A DNA stretch of 64,000 nt, taken from Selaginella moellendorffii (Eukaryota; Plantae; Lycopodiophyta). Under the pieces are notes generated by a model that saw only the letters and a list, made by a program, of their open reading frames with translations, ran no database searches and had not been told where the DNA came from. Both the position numbers and the translations under genes were made by a program. This document shows, in pieces, positions 13,189 through 25,619 of the stretch; position 1 is the first letter of the stretch, and each line of letters starts with the position of its first letter. The DNA lies in the NCBI RefSeq assembly GCF_000143415.4, contig NW_003314286.1, positions 759,766 to 823,765 of the forward strand, read 5' to 3'.

Positions 13189-15450
13189 TCAACTCCTAGA
13201 AAATTTCTCGTCCGGTGGGGCGTAGACTTTGGAGAGGAGAATGTAGCTCGCAGCTGGGCTTTTGGGATCGATCGCGGCTCGAGCTCCTCGCTCCAGATCG
13301 CTATGCACGGTCCAGGCGTTGAGAAGGATCGTCCAGGTCACAGCGTCCGGGAGAAAGGGCATGCTGTGGACGAGCTCCTCGGCCTCTTGGATCCGCCTCG
13401 AGCGCCCCAGGAGATCGATCATCGAGGAGTAGTGCTCGATCGTCGGCTCCAGGCCGTGGGCTTCCCGGATCGAGGCGAAGAAGTCGCGCCCCTGGATCAC
13501 GTCCCCCGAGTGGCTGCAGGCGTGGAGGATCATCACGAACGCGTCCGCGTTTGGCTTCCAGCCGAAGAGATTCATCGCCCGGAAGAGATCGATGGTCTCT
13601 TGGCAGCTGCCGTTGGACGCCAATCCGGCCATGAGCGCGACGAAGCACGCGGTGTCCGGCTCGGGCATTCGATCAAACACGGATTTTGCTCGATCGGCGA
13701 GACCGTTTTGGGCGAGCGAGGCCATCAAAACGAGCCAGGAGACGGTGCTCCACTCGGGCATGAGGTGGAAGAAGAGCTCGGGCTCGCGAATATACCCGTT
13801 CTGGGAATATCCAAAGATCAAGGAGTTCCAAGAGATAATGTCCCTCTGTGGCATCTTCTCAAACACTCCCTTTGTTGCCTCTGGATGCCCTCTCATGGCA
13901 TATAATCTCACCATGGAGTTCCAAAGCATGGCATTCCAGCAAGGAATCTTTGCAAACGCCTCTTTTGCTTCTTCTAAATGCCCGTTTTGGGAATATCCGT
14001 CGATTAGTACGTTCCAGGCCACCTTGTCTCGCCTGGGCATCTTTTCGAAAATATCCCGGGTGTCTTCCGGGCGGCCTTGTTGGGAATATACGCCGAGCAT
14101 CGCGGTCCACGAAACCTCGTCCGTGTGGGGCATGACGTGGAACAATCCACGCCCTTCGTCGGCTCGCCCATTCTGGGCGTAGGCGCTGAGCATCACATTC
14201 CAGAGCGTCTTGTCTCTTTGGGGCGATCGATCGAAGAGATCGCGCGCCTGGAGCAGCGATCCTAGGCCGGCATAGGCGCCGATCATCGTCGTGCAAGCAA
14301 TAAGATCCCGGGCGGGCATTCGGTGGTAGATTTCTTCCAGTAGCTCTCGATCTTGATCTTCTTGTTCTTCGTTCGCCACGCCCTGGAGGAGGCGATTCCA
14401 GGAGATCACGTCGCGCTGCGGCATCCAGTCGAAGAGCCGCTTGGATTCCTCGATCTTGGCGTTCAGGGCGTGCGCGGTGATCATTTCGTTCCACGTCATG
14501 AGCGGCAGATCCGGCAGCGTCGATTCGAGTAGAGCTTGGAATTTCCCGGTGGGAGCGTACGTCTGCGCCATCAGGCTCCAAGAAATCTCGCTCCACTGCG
14601 GCATTCTCTCCAGGAATGCTGCTGCTGCCGCGAGGCCGTGATCATCTCTTCCAGAATCTTGGAGCTCCGCCTGGATGGCGCAGTTCCAAGACTCGAGATC
14701 TCTCCTCGCCATCGCCAAGAAAGTCCTCTCCACGTCCTCGCAGCGCCCGCTCTGCCCGTAGGTCGTGATGAGCGCGTTCCACGACACCACGCTTCGATCC
14801 GGCATGGCGTGGAAGATCTCTACGGCCTCGTCGAATCGATCCGAGCGCAAGAATGCCGCCATGAGCGCGTTCCAGGCGACGAGATCCGGGCGAGGAAGAA
14901 GCGCAAATATTTCCAGCGCGCGCTCCAAGTGCCCGGTCTGGGAATACGCCGCTATCATGCTCGTGAAGGAGATTACATCCGCCAGCGGCATTCTATCGAA
15001 GAATATTTTTGCCTCGATTGGAATTCCAGAGAGATTGCACGCCTGGATCATCGCGTTCCAGCACACGACGTTCCGACGAGGCACGCGATCGAAGTAGCTC
15101 TTGGCGGCATCAATTTGCCCAGCTCGGGCGTGTGCTGTGATCATAGCGCTCCAGGCGATCGTGTCGGGGTCGCGGATGTAAGCGAAGATCGCCTCTGCGT
15201 GGGCGATCATGCCGCATTGCGAGAAGATCTTGAGCAGCGTTCCACACGATATTGCGTCGTGCTGGGGCATCTTGGAGAAGGCCTCGCGGGCGGGAAGCAT
15301 ATGCCCGGACTGGGCATATGCCGCAAGAAGGATATTCCAGGAGAAGATATTCCTTTGATCCATGGCTAGGAAGACGCACTGCGCGTCTTGGACGCTCCCG
15401 GACCGTCCGAGGGCGCTGATGAGCATATTCGCTCTTCGTGTCTTGTCCAT
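13189..15450 (-). CDS. PPR protein with long tandem S/SS-type array and short E domain
   Basis: About 20 short repeats of the type MPxRDxxSWNxLxxxY; HYSSMIDLLGR and TWTILLNAW; no DYW. Confidence 0.88.
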   Translation of the reverse strand: MDKTRRANMLISALGRSGSVQDAQCVFLAMDQRNIFSWNILLAAYAQSGHMLPAREAFSKMPQHDAISCGTLLKIFSQCGMIAHAEAIFAYIRDPDTIAWSAMITAHARAGQIDAAKSYFDRVPRRNVVCWNAMIQACNLSGIPIEAKIFFDRMPLADVISFTSMIAAYSQTGHLERALEIFALLPRPDLVAWNALMAAFLRSDRFDEAVEIFHAMPDRSVVSWNALITTYGQSGRCEDVERTFLAMARRDLESWNCAIQAELQDSGRDDHGLAAAAAFLERMPQWSEISWSLMAQTYAPTGKFQALLESTLPDLPLMTWNEMITAHALNAKIEESKRLFDWMPQRDVISWNRLLQGVANEEQEDQDRELLEEIYHRMPARDLIACTTMIGAYAGLGSLLQARDLFDRSPQRDKTLWNVMLSAYAQNGRADEGRGLFHVMPHTDEVSWTAMLGVYSQQGRPEDTRDIFEKMPRRDKVAWNVLIDGYSQNGHLEEAKEAFAKIPCWNAMLWNSMVRLYAMRGHPEATKGVFEKMPQRDIISWNSLIFGYSQNGYIREPELFFHLMPEWSTVSWLVLMASLAQNGLADRAKSVFDRMPEPDTACFVALMAGLASNGSCQETIDLFRAMNLFGWKPNADAFVMILHACSHSGDVIQGRDFFASIREAHGLEPTIEHYSSMIDLLGRSRRIQEAEELVHSMPFLPDAVTWTILLNAWTVHSDLERGARAAIDPKSPAASYILLSKVYAPPDEKFSRS

Positions 15451-15899
15451 GGGACTGGGGTGACGCTTCTCCCTGGTATCTTACTAGTTTTTCGATTGCC
15501 ATGGCACAGAAAGAAATCTTTGCAAGAATATCAAACATACATTATTATTATTACATGAGTAGCTAGGGAGATTTGGAGGGCTAAATGATGACTAATGCCT
15601 CCACCGAAGAACAGGATTCGAATTGGCAAGACCGAAAATTTCAAAGTTTTGAAGATGCCACGTAGGGAAGAGCTTGCTCTTATTTAAACAAAACCTTTTT
15701 TGCATAACAGGATTATTTAAGACGAGGGGCCCTTAATTCTCTCTCATATACGTATCGTATAACTTAAATTTGATTTTTAATTTTTCAAGCTTGCTAGCGA
15801 ATCACAGGACAATAACCATAACATATAGCGCTAGAAGAGGAATTTGGATTATGTTAAATTCGATGGTGCTATAGATTGAGCGTTCACTGTTCAAGGAGA

Positions 15900-16490
15900 A
15901 CAGCTGGGTAAGATTGTAGTAGAAAACTATCACTAATGAGAAGGCCTTTCGCTACAAAAGTTTTGGAGTTTGATCTCACTTGTCAGTGAAGGATAGAACT
16001 TTCCCAGTTTCCAGGAATGTCTTCCACGGTCTGTGACATCCTGTTGATCAGATCAAAGCAATGGACCACAAGTTTACGAAGCCCTCAAGAAAGAGATATC
16101 GCCATCAGGGTAATCGCAAACATTCAACCAAAGGTGGAAATCAAGTGTCTCCAAGCTACGTGGATTGCCTTTGCCTTCGAGCGCCTACAAGAAGAAGATT
16201 ACAGGGTAGAAAATTGAAGACCACAAAGTAGCTGTAAGGAGCCAGTGCCGAAACTGACGATTTGCAAGCTCCAGCAGAAGGGAAATGCTCATCTTAAGGT
16301 AAGCTCTGTGATTGTGCCTCACCAATTCATCCAGCTCCCAGTCTCCACCAATTTCCAAGCTCTGGAGTTTGTCACATTTCCTGTTGAGCTTGTAGATATT
16401 CAGGACTTCCAGGCTCTCCGATTCCTGTTTGAAGTTGCCAACCTCAAAGGTAGTCAGGACGAGCATGGAGTCCTGCGAAAAATGTAATTA
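15900..16490 (-). pseudogene. Possible degenerate LRR/F-box gene remnant
   Basis: Fragments such as LEVLNIYKL..CDKLQSLEIG and LRKLVVHCFD, interrupted by stops and frame changes. Confidence 0.25.
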
Positions 16491-16638
16491 CAACATACCA
16501 AGGAACCTCTGGCCATGGCCAATCTTTTCTCACCACCCGCTACTGGCACGTTAGGATACATGTTACAGGCAAATTTATTATATTTGACCCAAAAATCATA
16601 ACAGAAAAAACAAAAAAAAAAAAAAATCTATTCCTGTT

Positions 16639-18246
16639 TCATCGCTCGAGAGTTTTCTCGTAGTCCTCAATCGATTTAAACAACGCCGAAAAGTTCCCCT
16701 TGCCAAATCCCCCACACCCTCCTCGCTGGACGTTCTCTTCCATGCATCCCACCCTCTGGATTATCTCCAAGAACAAAGTTGGCCTACACAAAAAGCCATA
16801 GAACATCGAATCTTTCCAAAGGACAGAGAGAAAAGAAAACACATACCTGTCACCCACAGGCTTGGTGAAGATCTGGAGCAAAATCCCCTGATCATCCTTG
16901 TCAACCAGGATCCCGAGCTCCTCGCACATCTCCACTTGCTCGGGCGTCAGGCTCGATCCAATCCTCTCCGGCAAGTCCTTGTAGTACTTCTTGTTCGGCC
17001 TGGGCATGAACTCAAACCCCCCGATGTGAGATCTCATCCTCATCTCCCTCAAAGTATGAAAGATATCCCGGCAAGAGATCGCCAAGTGCTGCAAGCCCGG
17101 CCCCTCGTTGTGATCCAAGTACGTCTGGATCTGAGACTTCCTCCGCGTGCCATGCACCGGCTCGTTCATGGGCAGCAGCACCATCTCGTTGTTGCTGGCC
17201 AGGACCATGCTGTTCAGCCCGCTCTCGCAGGTGCCAATGTCCTCGGCGGTAAACTCGGCAAACTCGTGAAAGCCCGTGAAGCCGGCCACGTACCGCGCGG
17301 CGTCCAGCAGGTTGTGGACGTTCCCGACGGCGTGATCCAGCCGGCAGAGCCCGACTCCAAGCCCCGAGGGGGACGACGAGAAAGGTGGCGGACTCACGCG
17401 CTCGTAGCCTGGGAGGAAGGGGCCGTCGAATCCGCCGCTGACGAATCGAAGAACCACGTCGCCGTAGAGCGCCACCTCGGACAGCACGAGCTCCTGGCCG
17501 GAGTGGACGTCGTGCATGGTCGTGGGCTCGAGCACCGCGATGGCGCCGTGCTCCACGCTCGTCCGGAAGGCCGTGGCGGCGTCCTCCACCCGGACGCCGA
17601 CTGCCCGGACCGCGAGGCCGTGGGCGTCGAAGAAGTCGAGCATGGCGGGCTTGGTCATGGCCGGGTGGGGTGGCGGCGAGGCCGGCTGGTAGCGGTGCTT
17701 GTCCGAGTAGGGGGCCGAGAAGACGAGGACGAGGTCCTCCGACTGGAGCGCGTAGCTGCAGTAGACGTGGTTGCCGGTGGTCTGGTCCGACTTGGCGACG
17801 AGCGGCATGCCGAGCCCCCACGAGAAGCGGCGCCAGGTGTTGGTGGCGTCGCCGCACCACAGCTCGACGTGGTGGAAGCACAGCACCTTGAATCGGTCGG
17901 TGAGTGGGTTGGAGCGCACGAACTTGTCGAATCCCACGAGCCCGCTCTTGGCCTTACTCTCCAGATCCTGCCGCTGCCGCCGCTGCTGCTCGATCTCCTT
18001 TCCAATGTCCACCTTTCCGGCGCGATCCGTGTGCTCCAGGACCGAGCCGGACCTCCTCGGGCTGGACCTCGGGCTTGGCGACCTCGGGCTGGCCGCGGCG
18101 GCTGTCGCGCGCGACTGAGAGATGGACGAGGAGCTAGAGGAGGGAGGGGAAGAGAGCGATGCATGGCGGGCGCTACTCGCGGCCGCCATGAGCGAGGACG
18201 AGCATGGCGACGATGAGGGCGCGGGGATTACTACCGGGGATTGCAT
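16639..18246 (-). CDS. HPPD: 4-hydroxyphenylpyruvate dioxygenase; exons 16847-18246 and 16639-16783
   Basis: [47 protein letters not shown] and [12 protein letters not shown]. 63-nt intron 16784-16846. First true ATG at 18246; the ORF-track start at 18285 is GTG. Confidence 0.95.
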   Translation of the reverse strand: [535 protein letters not shown]

Positions 18247-18653
18247 CCAGCCTATCCTTCCTTGCTGGATTTGATAGAATTCCACCCCCTTCTCGATTGA
18301 TTGCTTGATGGAAGGGCTCTACCTATATGCTCGCGCCAGGAAAAATTTGATCCCCTCCTCACGGATGAAGCCGCAAAAATCCGATCTTGCGCGTCGCCAA
18401 ACTCGAGGCACACAAAAAAAGAATGAAGGAGCGAGCTTAAAAACTTTGAGGATCCTCCTTTTATTTCTTTCTCCCTCTTTTTTTTTTCCTCTCTTTTCCC
18501 CTTTGCGGCTGTGCGCTCGCTTGTTGGCCAGTTGTGTCACCACACAAAAGACGCCGTATCTATATACTGTCCCACCCACGATGCGTTTTCTAACAGTGAA
18601 TTCTTTGCTTTGGTCGTTTCGCTTTGCTTGATTGATCTCTCCAAATCCTTTCC

Positions 18654-21538
18654 TCACAGCTCTGGGCTTCCGCTGGCTGGGCTTCCAACGCTGGCGGGGC
18701 TCGTGGATGCCGACGTTGGAGCTTTGTAGTCCCAGATAAAAATGCCACCTTCCTCCCCCACCGAGACTACGTGTTGCTGATCGGGGCTTATCTTCACCTG
18801 GAACACACACGAGATAAGTGAGAACTCAACACGGCAGCGAGGAATGAAACCAAAACTGACACCTTCTAGATCCTATCCAACTATCTATCAAGCCATCTAT
18901 ATCTCAACCTCATTGTTCCACGCAAATGGAGCCTCGTACCTTGGTGACGATGAGCTGACACACAAGACAGCTTCTAGATCCTATCCAACTATCTTCAAGC
19001 CATCTATATCTACATGTCCTCGTTCTACACGAATGGAGTTTCGTACCTTGGTGATGGGCTCGCTGTGTCCTTTCCCTGTGAAGTAAGGATGGCCCTCGTC
19101 GTAGTTCCACAGGAGCACCTCCTTGTCATATCCCCCGCTGACGAACGCGGTGCCGTCGGGGCTTATGTCCAGCGCGGTCATCTCCGAGGTCAGAGATCCG
19201 TCTACGATTCGGATCGCCGCGCAGTCGTAGGCATCCCAGTACGTTATCTGGAATGGAAAATCTCTCAGCGTTGCCAGTCTCAAAGCCAGGAGATAATGAA
19301 AGTGTGTTCCAACCTTGCGGTCTGTTCCGGTTGTAAGAAGCTGGCTCTCGTCAGGGTGGTACTGGATGGCCTTGAAGAAAGTAGACGCGAACATACTGTT
19401 GTTTCTTGTAAATCGCTGCCATTGCCACGGGAGTCGTGAGGAGGGAAGAAAATCTCGTAGCCAGGACTTACAGTAAGATCCCACACAATGCACGAGCCGT
19501 CGCTGCTGCAACTTACGCATTCCGAGTCGTTTTTTCGAACCTAACACCGCGGGAAAGGAAAAGGAAACAAACTTTTCAAGTTGTGCCCCCGCGATCAGAA
19601 AAGATATCGGTACCTGGACGCCGTTGACTACTTCGACATGCTCTTTCATCGTCGCGATCAAGCTGTGACTTTGGGGGCCGATCCTCCATACACGCACCTG
19701 TCAGGACAAAAAAATTCGTGCTGTGTGCTAAAAAGATTAAAGCTCGAGAATCACCTGACCATCCACGCCACCGCTGATTATCTTTCCACTGTCGGATGTG
19801 CCTGTGATTGCCGTCACGCCCTGCTTGTCAGCGTCAGTACAAAAGGAGATAAAAGAGAGAGCTTTACCAGTTTGTGAGCATTGAGTATCGTATAGAGTAG
19901 TTTTCCTGTTTGTGGCCCGAAGGCCCGAATCCGGCCGTCATTCCAGCCGCTAATGAGGGACTTTCCGTCGGGCATAAATGCTAAGCTCATGCATTTCTGG
20001 TTGGGGACCTGAATTAATGAAAAAAACAGGCGTTTCATCTTGTTTGCTTATCGAGTAAAAAACTTACCTGAATCCGAAGTAGCTCTCGACACTTTTCCAG
20101 CTGCCATATACGAATATCATCCATCGAGCACGTAGCAAAGACTTCACTGTAGCCCGATGGAAAAGCGATGTCATTGATTTTGTCGTAATGGCAAGTATGA
20201 ATGAGTTGTGAGGCCATCATATTCCTTTTTGCATCATACCTATAACAGCGTTCTGGCAGCGGCTTATCAGTAACTGGAAAAGAATTAAAGAAAATGCTTA
20301 CTTGACGAGATACATGTTGCTCTTGGAAGTTCCAACAAAGAACTCGAAAGATCCGCTTTGATCAGCATTACCATTGGCCATTGCAGTGACACTACCGTGA
20401 ACTTTGGTAGAGGAAACCGTTTTCAAAGTTCCAGACCTCAGGAGTACAATGTTTCCATCTCCACCCCCGACAAGTAGGTCGTCAAAGGGCGTCGATATCG
20501 TAGATTGTACTCCCATGCAAAGCTTTTGCTTAGGCCCATGATTTTGAAACAATTTCGGACCCAAACTCACCTGCATAGTACAACAGGGCGATAGTAAGGA
20601 GAATTGCAACAGGAGGAAAAATATACATAAAAGAAAATAACAAACCTGAAGAACATCTCCAGTTTGAGTTCCAACATATACGTACTCGTCCTTACTATCA
20701 ATAACCTGGCAATGCATCAAGATGAGACCACGAACTTTAGCCTGAACCAGCACTTACAATTGTTTGCAACACTCGCCTGATTTTACCAAGTTGGCAATCG
20801 TATGGCCGAAGCTGCCTGTTTCCCTCGTCAAATTCCCAAATGGTCAGCTTAGCTGATGCAGCTGTGACGAGTTTTGTGCTTGTGCAATTGAAGAAGCACA
20901 CGCACTGAGCATAGTCGATTGGCGTCGGACTGCCACAAACCGCCTTGCCCGACTTCACATACCAAACGACCAGTTTCCCATCATCTTGACCTCCAGTTGA
21001 TGCCACGAAAGTTTCACAGGGAGAAAAGCTCAAGGACTCCACTTTCACCTGTCGCAAAATCATAGCTGACTTCAGTAATCTTTTCCCGAATGGGATTTAC
21101 CTTGTGCAAATTCAGCTGGTGAAGAATCCTTCGCTCCTCCAGATCCCAGATGATAATGGTTGTCGTAAATCCCATGTACGAAACCTGTTCATTTAGAGGG
21201 ACAAGTTAGACTTTAAAATGGAGAAAGTGACATTTCACCTGTCCTGTTGCCAAATATTTTCCACTTCTTGAGATGGCCAAACAGGACACCTTGTTGCTGT
21301 GTCCTTGCAAAAACTCTTGGTTGTGATCATCGCCCTGAAACAACCAAGACGTTAGAAAAAAGTTTCGATGAAGACAAAAAGAAGAACCGAAAAAAGGAAA
21401 AGATCATACCCGGTGTCTCAAAACAATGCAAGTCCCAAGCGCATAGACGAGCGTCGACTTGTCCGGGTGAAGAACCATGCCACCAGGCACGGTTCCGCTG
21501 TAGCCGATCACGCTTCCCAAGGGCAGTGGACGCGACAT
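18654..21538 (-). CDS. CFAP52: Cilia- and flagella-associated WD40 protein 52 (WDR16/FAP52), many exons
   Basis: N-terminus VIGYSGTVPGGMVLHPD..YALG, STGGQDDG, HTCHYDKINDIAFP..SEVFATCS, SGWNDGRIRAFGPQTG, DESQLLTTGTDRKI.YWD; last exon VKISPDQQHVVSVGEEGGIFIW, TGA at 18654. Confidence 0.88.
18863..19055. repeat. ~109-bp tandem duplication in the last CFAP52 intron, including the splice donor
   Basis: cttctagatcctatccaactatc...cgtaccttggtga occurs at about 18863 and 18971. Confidence 0.8.
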
Positions 21539-21810
21539 CTTTCCACATCCACCGGTGGAGGCCAGTCCAAATCATCAAAGATCCGACACTCGCTGGATTT
21601 CCACGAGAGATTCCAAGCTACTACTTCAGCAGACACCCACGAATGAAAGCCCTGTTCTCCTACAACCGACCCTGTGAGACGATGCTCTTCCAGAAAATCG
21701 TTGAGCGAGCTATAACCGCCAGTTAATTCATATTTCAGTTAAAGTTCCAAACAGCCTTCTTCCTCCTTTCTTATTCTTTTTCGCTTCCCTGTGCCCGGAT
21801 CGCTCGCTCT

Positions 21811-23565
21811 TTATCTGTGCCGATGCCTGGCTTCAGCAAGCCGTGCTACAGCCCTCCAGCCGATATCCCGACGGCAAAAACCATCTGGCCAAGAAACCAC
21901 GTCCACGGCTTGATAAGCTCTGTTCTGTGCCTCGGCTATATCCTTTCCCAGTGCTGTGACACCCAAAACTCTGCCACCCACGGCCACTATATGCCCATCC
22001 GAGTCTACGTCTGTTCCTGCGTGGAATACCTTTACGCCCCTGACCGCTGCTTCCGCCTCGTCTAGATTCTTGATCAAAGTCCCTTTCTTATAGTTTCCTG
22101 GGTATCCACTGCTCGCTAGAACCACTACCAATGCAGGATCTTTTGTCCATTTCAAGCCTTCGATGTCCTTGAGTTCACCCTTGCATGCAGCTAATAGCAG
22201 TTTTGCCAGATCTGACTCGAACCTCATCATTAGCACCTAAAGCCCGTGCAAAAGAGATTTAGTTAGACATATAAACAATGAACTGAAAGAAGTAAGAGAA
22301 GAAGTTTTACCTGGCACTCTGGATCCCCGAAACGAACATTGTACTCCAGGAGCTTGGGAATTCCAGTCTTTTTGTCGATCATCAACCCGGCATATAGTAT
22401 TCCAACGTACTTGCAACCTTCTTCGGCCATGCCTTTGACTGTAGGGAGAATTATAGTATCCATCACCAAGGACTCGAGGCGCGAGTCGACCATAGGCGCC
22501 GGCGAGTATGCTCCCATGCCACCCGTGTTAGGACCAATGTCACCGTCGCCAACACGCTTGTGATCTTGAGCGGAAGCCAGTGGAAGAGCCGTGTGACCGT
22601 CCACGATTGCAAAGAACGAAGCCTCCTCCCCGTCAAGAAACTCTTCCACGACGATTTTTCCGCCAGCGGAGCCCAAAGCTCCCTGGACGAGCATCGTATC
22701 CACAGCCTCGTAAGCCTCTTCCAAGCTCATGGCGACGGTCACACCTTTCCCGGCAGCAAGCCCGTCAGCCTTGACAACTATTGGAACTCCTTCCTCGGAG
22801 ATGTAGTGCTTCGCGGCCGATGGATCTGTGAAGCTCCGGTACTGCAAGAAAAATGAAAAATAAGTCTATAGGAAAGAAAGAAAAATCCAACCTTGGCTGT
22901 GGGGATCTTGTACTTGTCGCAGAAGTCCTTCATGAAAGACTTGGAGCCTTCTAGCGCTGCGGCGGAGGCTGAAGGGCCAAAAGCTGGAATCCCAGCCTCG
23001 ACGAGATCATCGACAAGCCCCGCGACGAGCGGAGCTTCAGGACCGACGACAACCAAGCCAACTTCCCACCGCTTACAAAACGAGATCACTGCAACACTAT
23101 CGCTTACGTCGAGATCGGCAATGCAAGTAGCATCCCCCGCGATGGAGATCCCAATATTCCCTGGCGCGCAAAACACACCATCGCAGCTCGCAGCTCGCTG
23201 GAGGCCGTAGCAAAGCGCGTGCTCTCTACCACCGCCTCCAATCACAAGGCAGATGATTCCATCTATGAAAATGCCATCGAGTGGGAATAGTGTAAACGAC
23301 TGTAGATAGAGCAAAGGAACGAACCTGACAACGCAGTCGATTGATCGCTGGCCTCCACGAGCACTACTCGCGATAATCTTCGGCGAGAGCTGACCGATCG
23401 GCTCGAGAAGCTCACGGCAGCACCCAGGATTGAGGAAGATCGAGACCAGGCCAGAGTATTCCAAGCCGCGAGCTTGAAAATGCCATCGCTGGAGGCGCCG
23501 GAGTAGATCCGTGGACGAGCGCCTAGATTTCCAAGCCCTATCGCGCCAGCGGCAGCACACGCCAT
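21811..23565 (-). CDS. purD: Phosphoribosylamine-glycine ligase (GAR synthetase) with organellar transit peptide
   Basis: [73 protein letters not shown]. Confidence 0.95.
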
Positions 23566-23675
23566 CAATCACTGCCTAAACCCTGACCAGAGTATAAACC
23601 CTAGTTCTTCCCAGATGATAAAAGGTGTATATTTCCCGCCGGAAGAAAATTGGCTGGAAGGAAACCAGTGTTGGG

Positions 23676-25619
23676 TCAATCCCAGGGAGCGCTAGCGATG
23701 GCTTGCTCCAAATCTTCTACCAAGTCATTCACGTCCTCGATGCCCACAGAGATCCTTATGAGATCTTTCTGGAGGCCTCGAGCTTTGCGGACTTCCACGG
23801 GGATGCTCGCGTGGGACATGAAGCACGGCAAGCTTATCAGCGATTTCACACTCCCTGAGACACCAGATCTTAGAAGGAATGGAGAAACTCTCAAAGATGA
23901 AGTTACCGAAGCTCACTGTGATGCTGAAAAGCCGAGTTTGCTCGACGATGTGCTTGGAAACTGCGACCGAGCCCGTGTAAAAGCTTAGAACAGATCCAGC
24001 TCCCATGCACTGGAAAGATTTATGCGTTTGGATGAAGAAGACAACCATATGGAAGAGTTACCTGGCTGTAATGAAGTTCATGTCCTGGGTGACTGGGCAA
24101 TCCCGCATAGCGAACGTTGCCGAGCTTTGGATGTGAGGCCAGGTACTCCGCTATCACCTGGGCATTTTGCTACAAGAAAGAAGGAGCAGTGTTTGAGAAG
24201 CAAGATATTCTAAACAGTACCTGTTGCTTCTCCACACGGAGCGGCATGGTTTTGATCCCTCGCAAGCACCCCCAACAATCAAAGGGTGCTAGGCCGGTTC
24301 CTTCGGCGTTTTGGAGGAAGTAAATTTTCTTTGCCAATCTGGAATAAGCAGCTCACTGGCTTAGATACGAAACAAAGTGATATAGACTTACTCATCGTCT
24401 TTGACAGCAAGCACACCAGCCATGAGGTCGCTGTGGCCGGAAATAAATTTAGTTGCCGAATGCATGACAATATCTGCAATCGATCACACGCAAGCCGTAA
24501 GTTAAATGGACAAGATGGAAAAATTATACCTGCGCCAAGCTCCAATGGTTTGGACAACGCCGGAGACATGATACTATTGTCTACCATAACTAAAGCACCG
24601 TTCTCATGAGCAATTCTTGAGATTGCCTACAAAACCATGTTATGTGGTGGTAAACGAACGAATCAAGCAGTTGATGTATATACCCGAATGTCGGAGATGA
24701 TTTGACGAGGATTAGTCGGGCTCTCGAGCCACACAAGTCGCGTAGACGAAGATATGGCACGTCGAACATCCTCTAGATTACTGGTGTCTACACGCCTGAA
24801 AAACCATAGTAAGAAACTCCACATTCTTCATATCTAGCTTATTACTTCACAGTGATTCCAGAATTTGGAGTAATTCGGGACAGAAGTCTATCAGATCCGC
24901 CATAGATGTCATCGCCTGCAACTATGTCTTCTCCTGAAAAGATTTCGACAATGAAACTGCTGGAAAAATGGATACAGACATCACCTGCTGAAACTAGATG
25001 GGATGCAGCACTTAGCGCAGCCATTCCACTGGTAAAACAAAACGCTCGGGAAGCACCCTCCAACTTTGCTAGCAACCTACAAATCGTTTGATCGTGAGCT
25101 AGAAAATGAAGATAAAAAAAGAAGAGAACGCTTACGATTCAAGAGCATCACGAGTTGGATTCCCACTTCTCGTGTAGTCATACTGGCCGCATTCGGTAGC
25201 TGATGGCTAGAAAAAAATCAACGTCGAGCGTTCCAACACCAGAATCGAAACTTACTTGCTTGAAAGTTGCCGTCTGATACAGCGGTGTGCTAAGAGCTCC
25301 AAATGGATCGAATTCGCTGCTAAATTGCATAATCTCCGTCGACATGCTAAGCTCCTTCTTCGCATCCACTGCCAGGGTACAAATGAGCGGAAGAGCAAAG
25401 GATTCCAAGCCAATGTACCTGACCCTGGAGCTAGATTTTCAAGCTCCATCGCGCAAGGCCGAGCAAAACATCTGGCTGCCACTCCGGGCGCCCTGATCCT
25501 CGATGGAGCGCCGATTCCAGCAGCCTGACACACGATTCACAGCTGCGTGGTCGAAAATACGTGAAATCGAAGCCCCATACCTGCGATGGCGCCGCGATTG
25601 CCACTCCCTCGAGTAGCAT
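23676..25619 (-). CDS. CBL: Cystathionine beta-lyase, plastid (multi-exon)
   Basis: [59 protein letters not shown] (PLP lysine), [20 protein letters not shown]. Confidence 0.93.
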
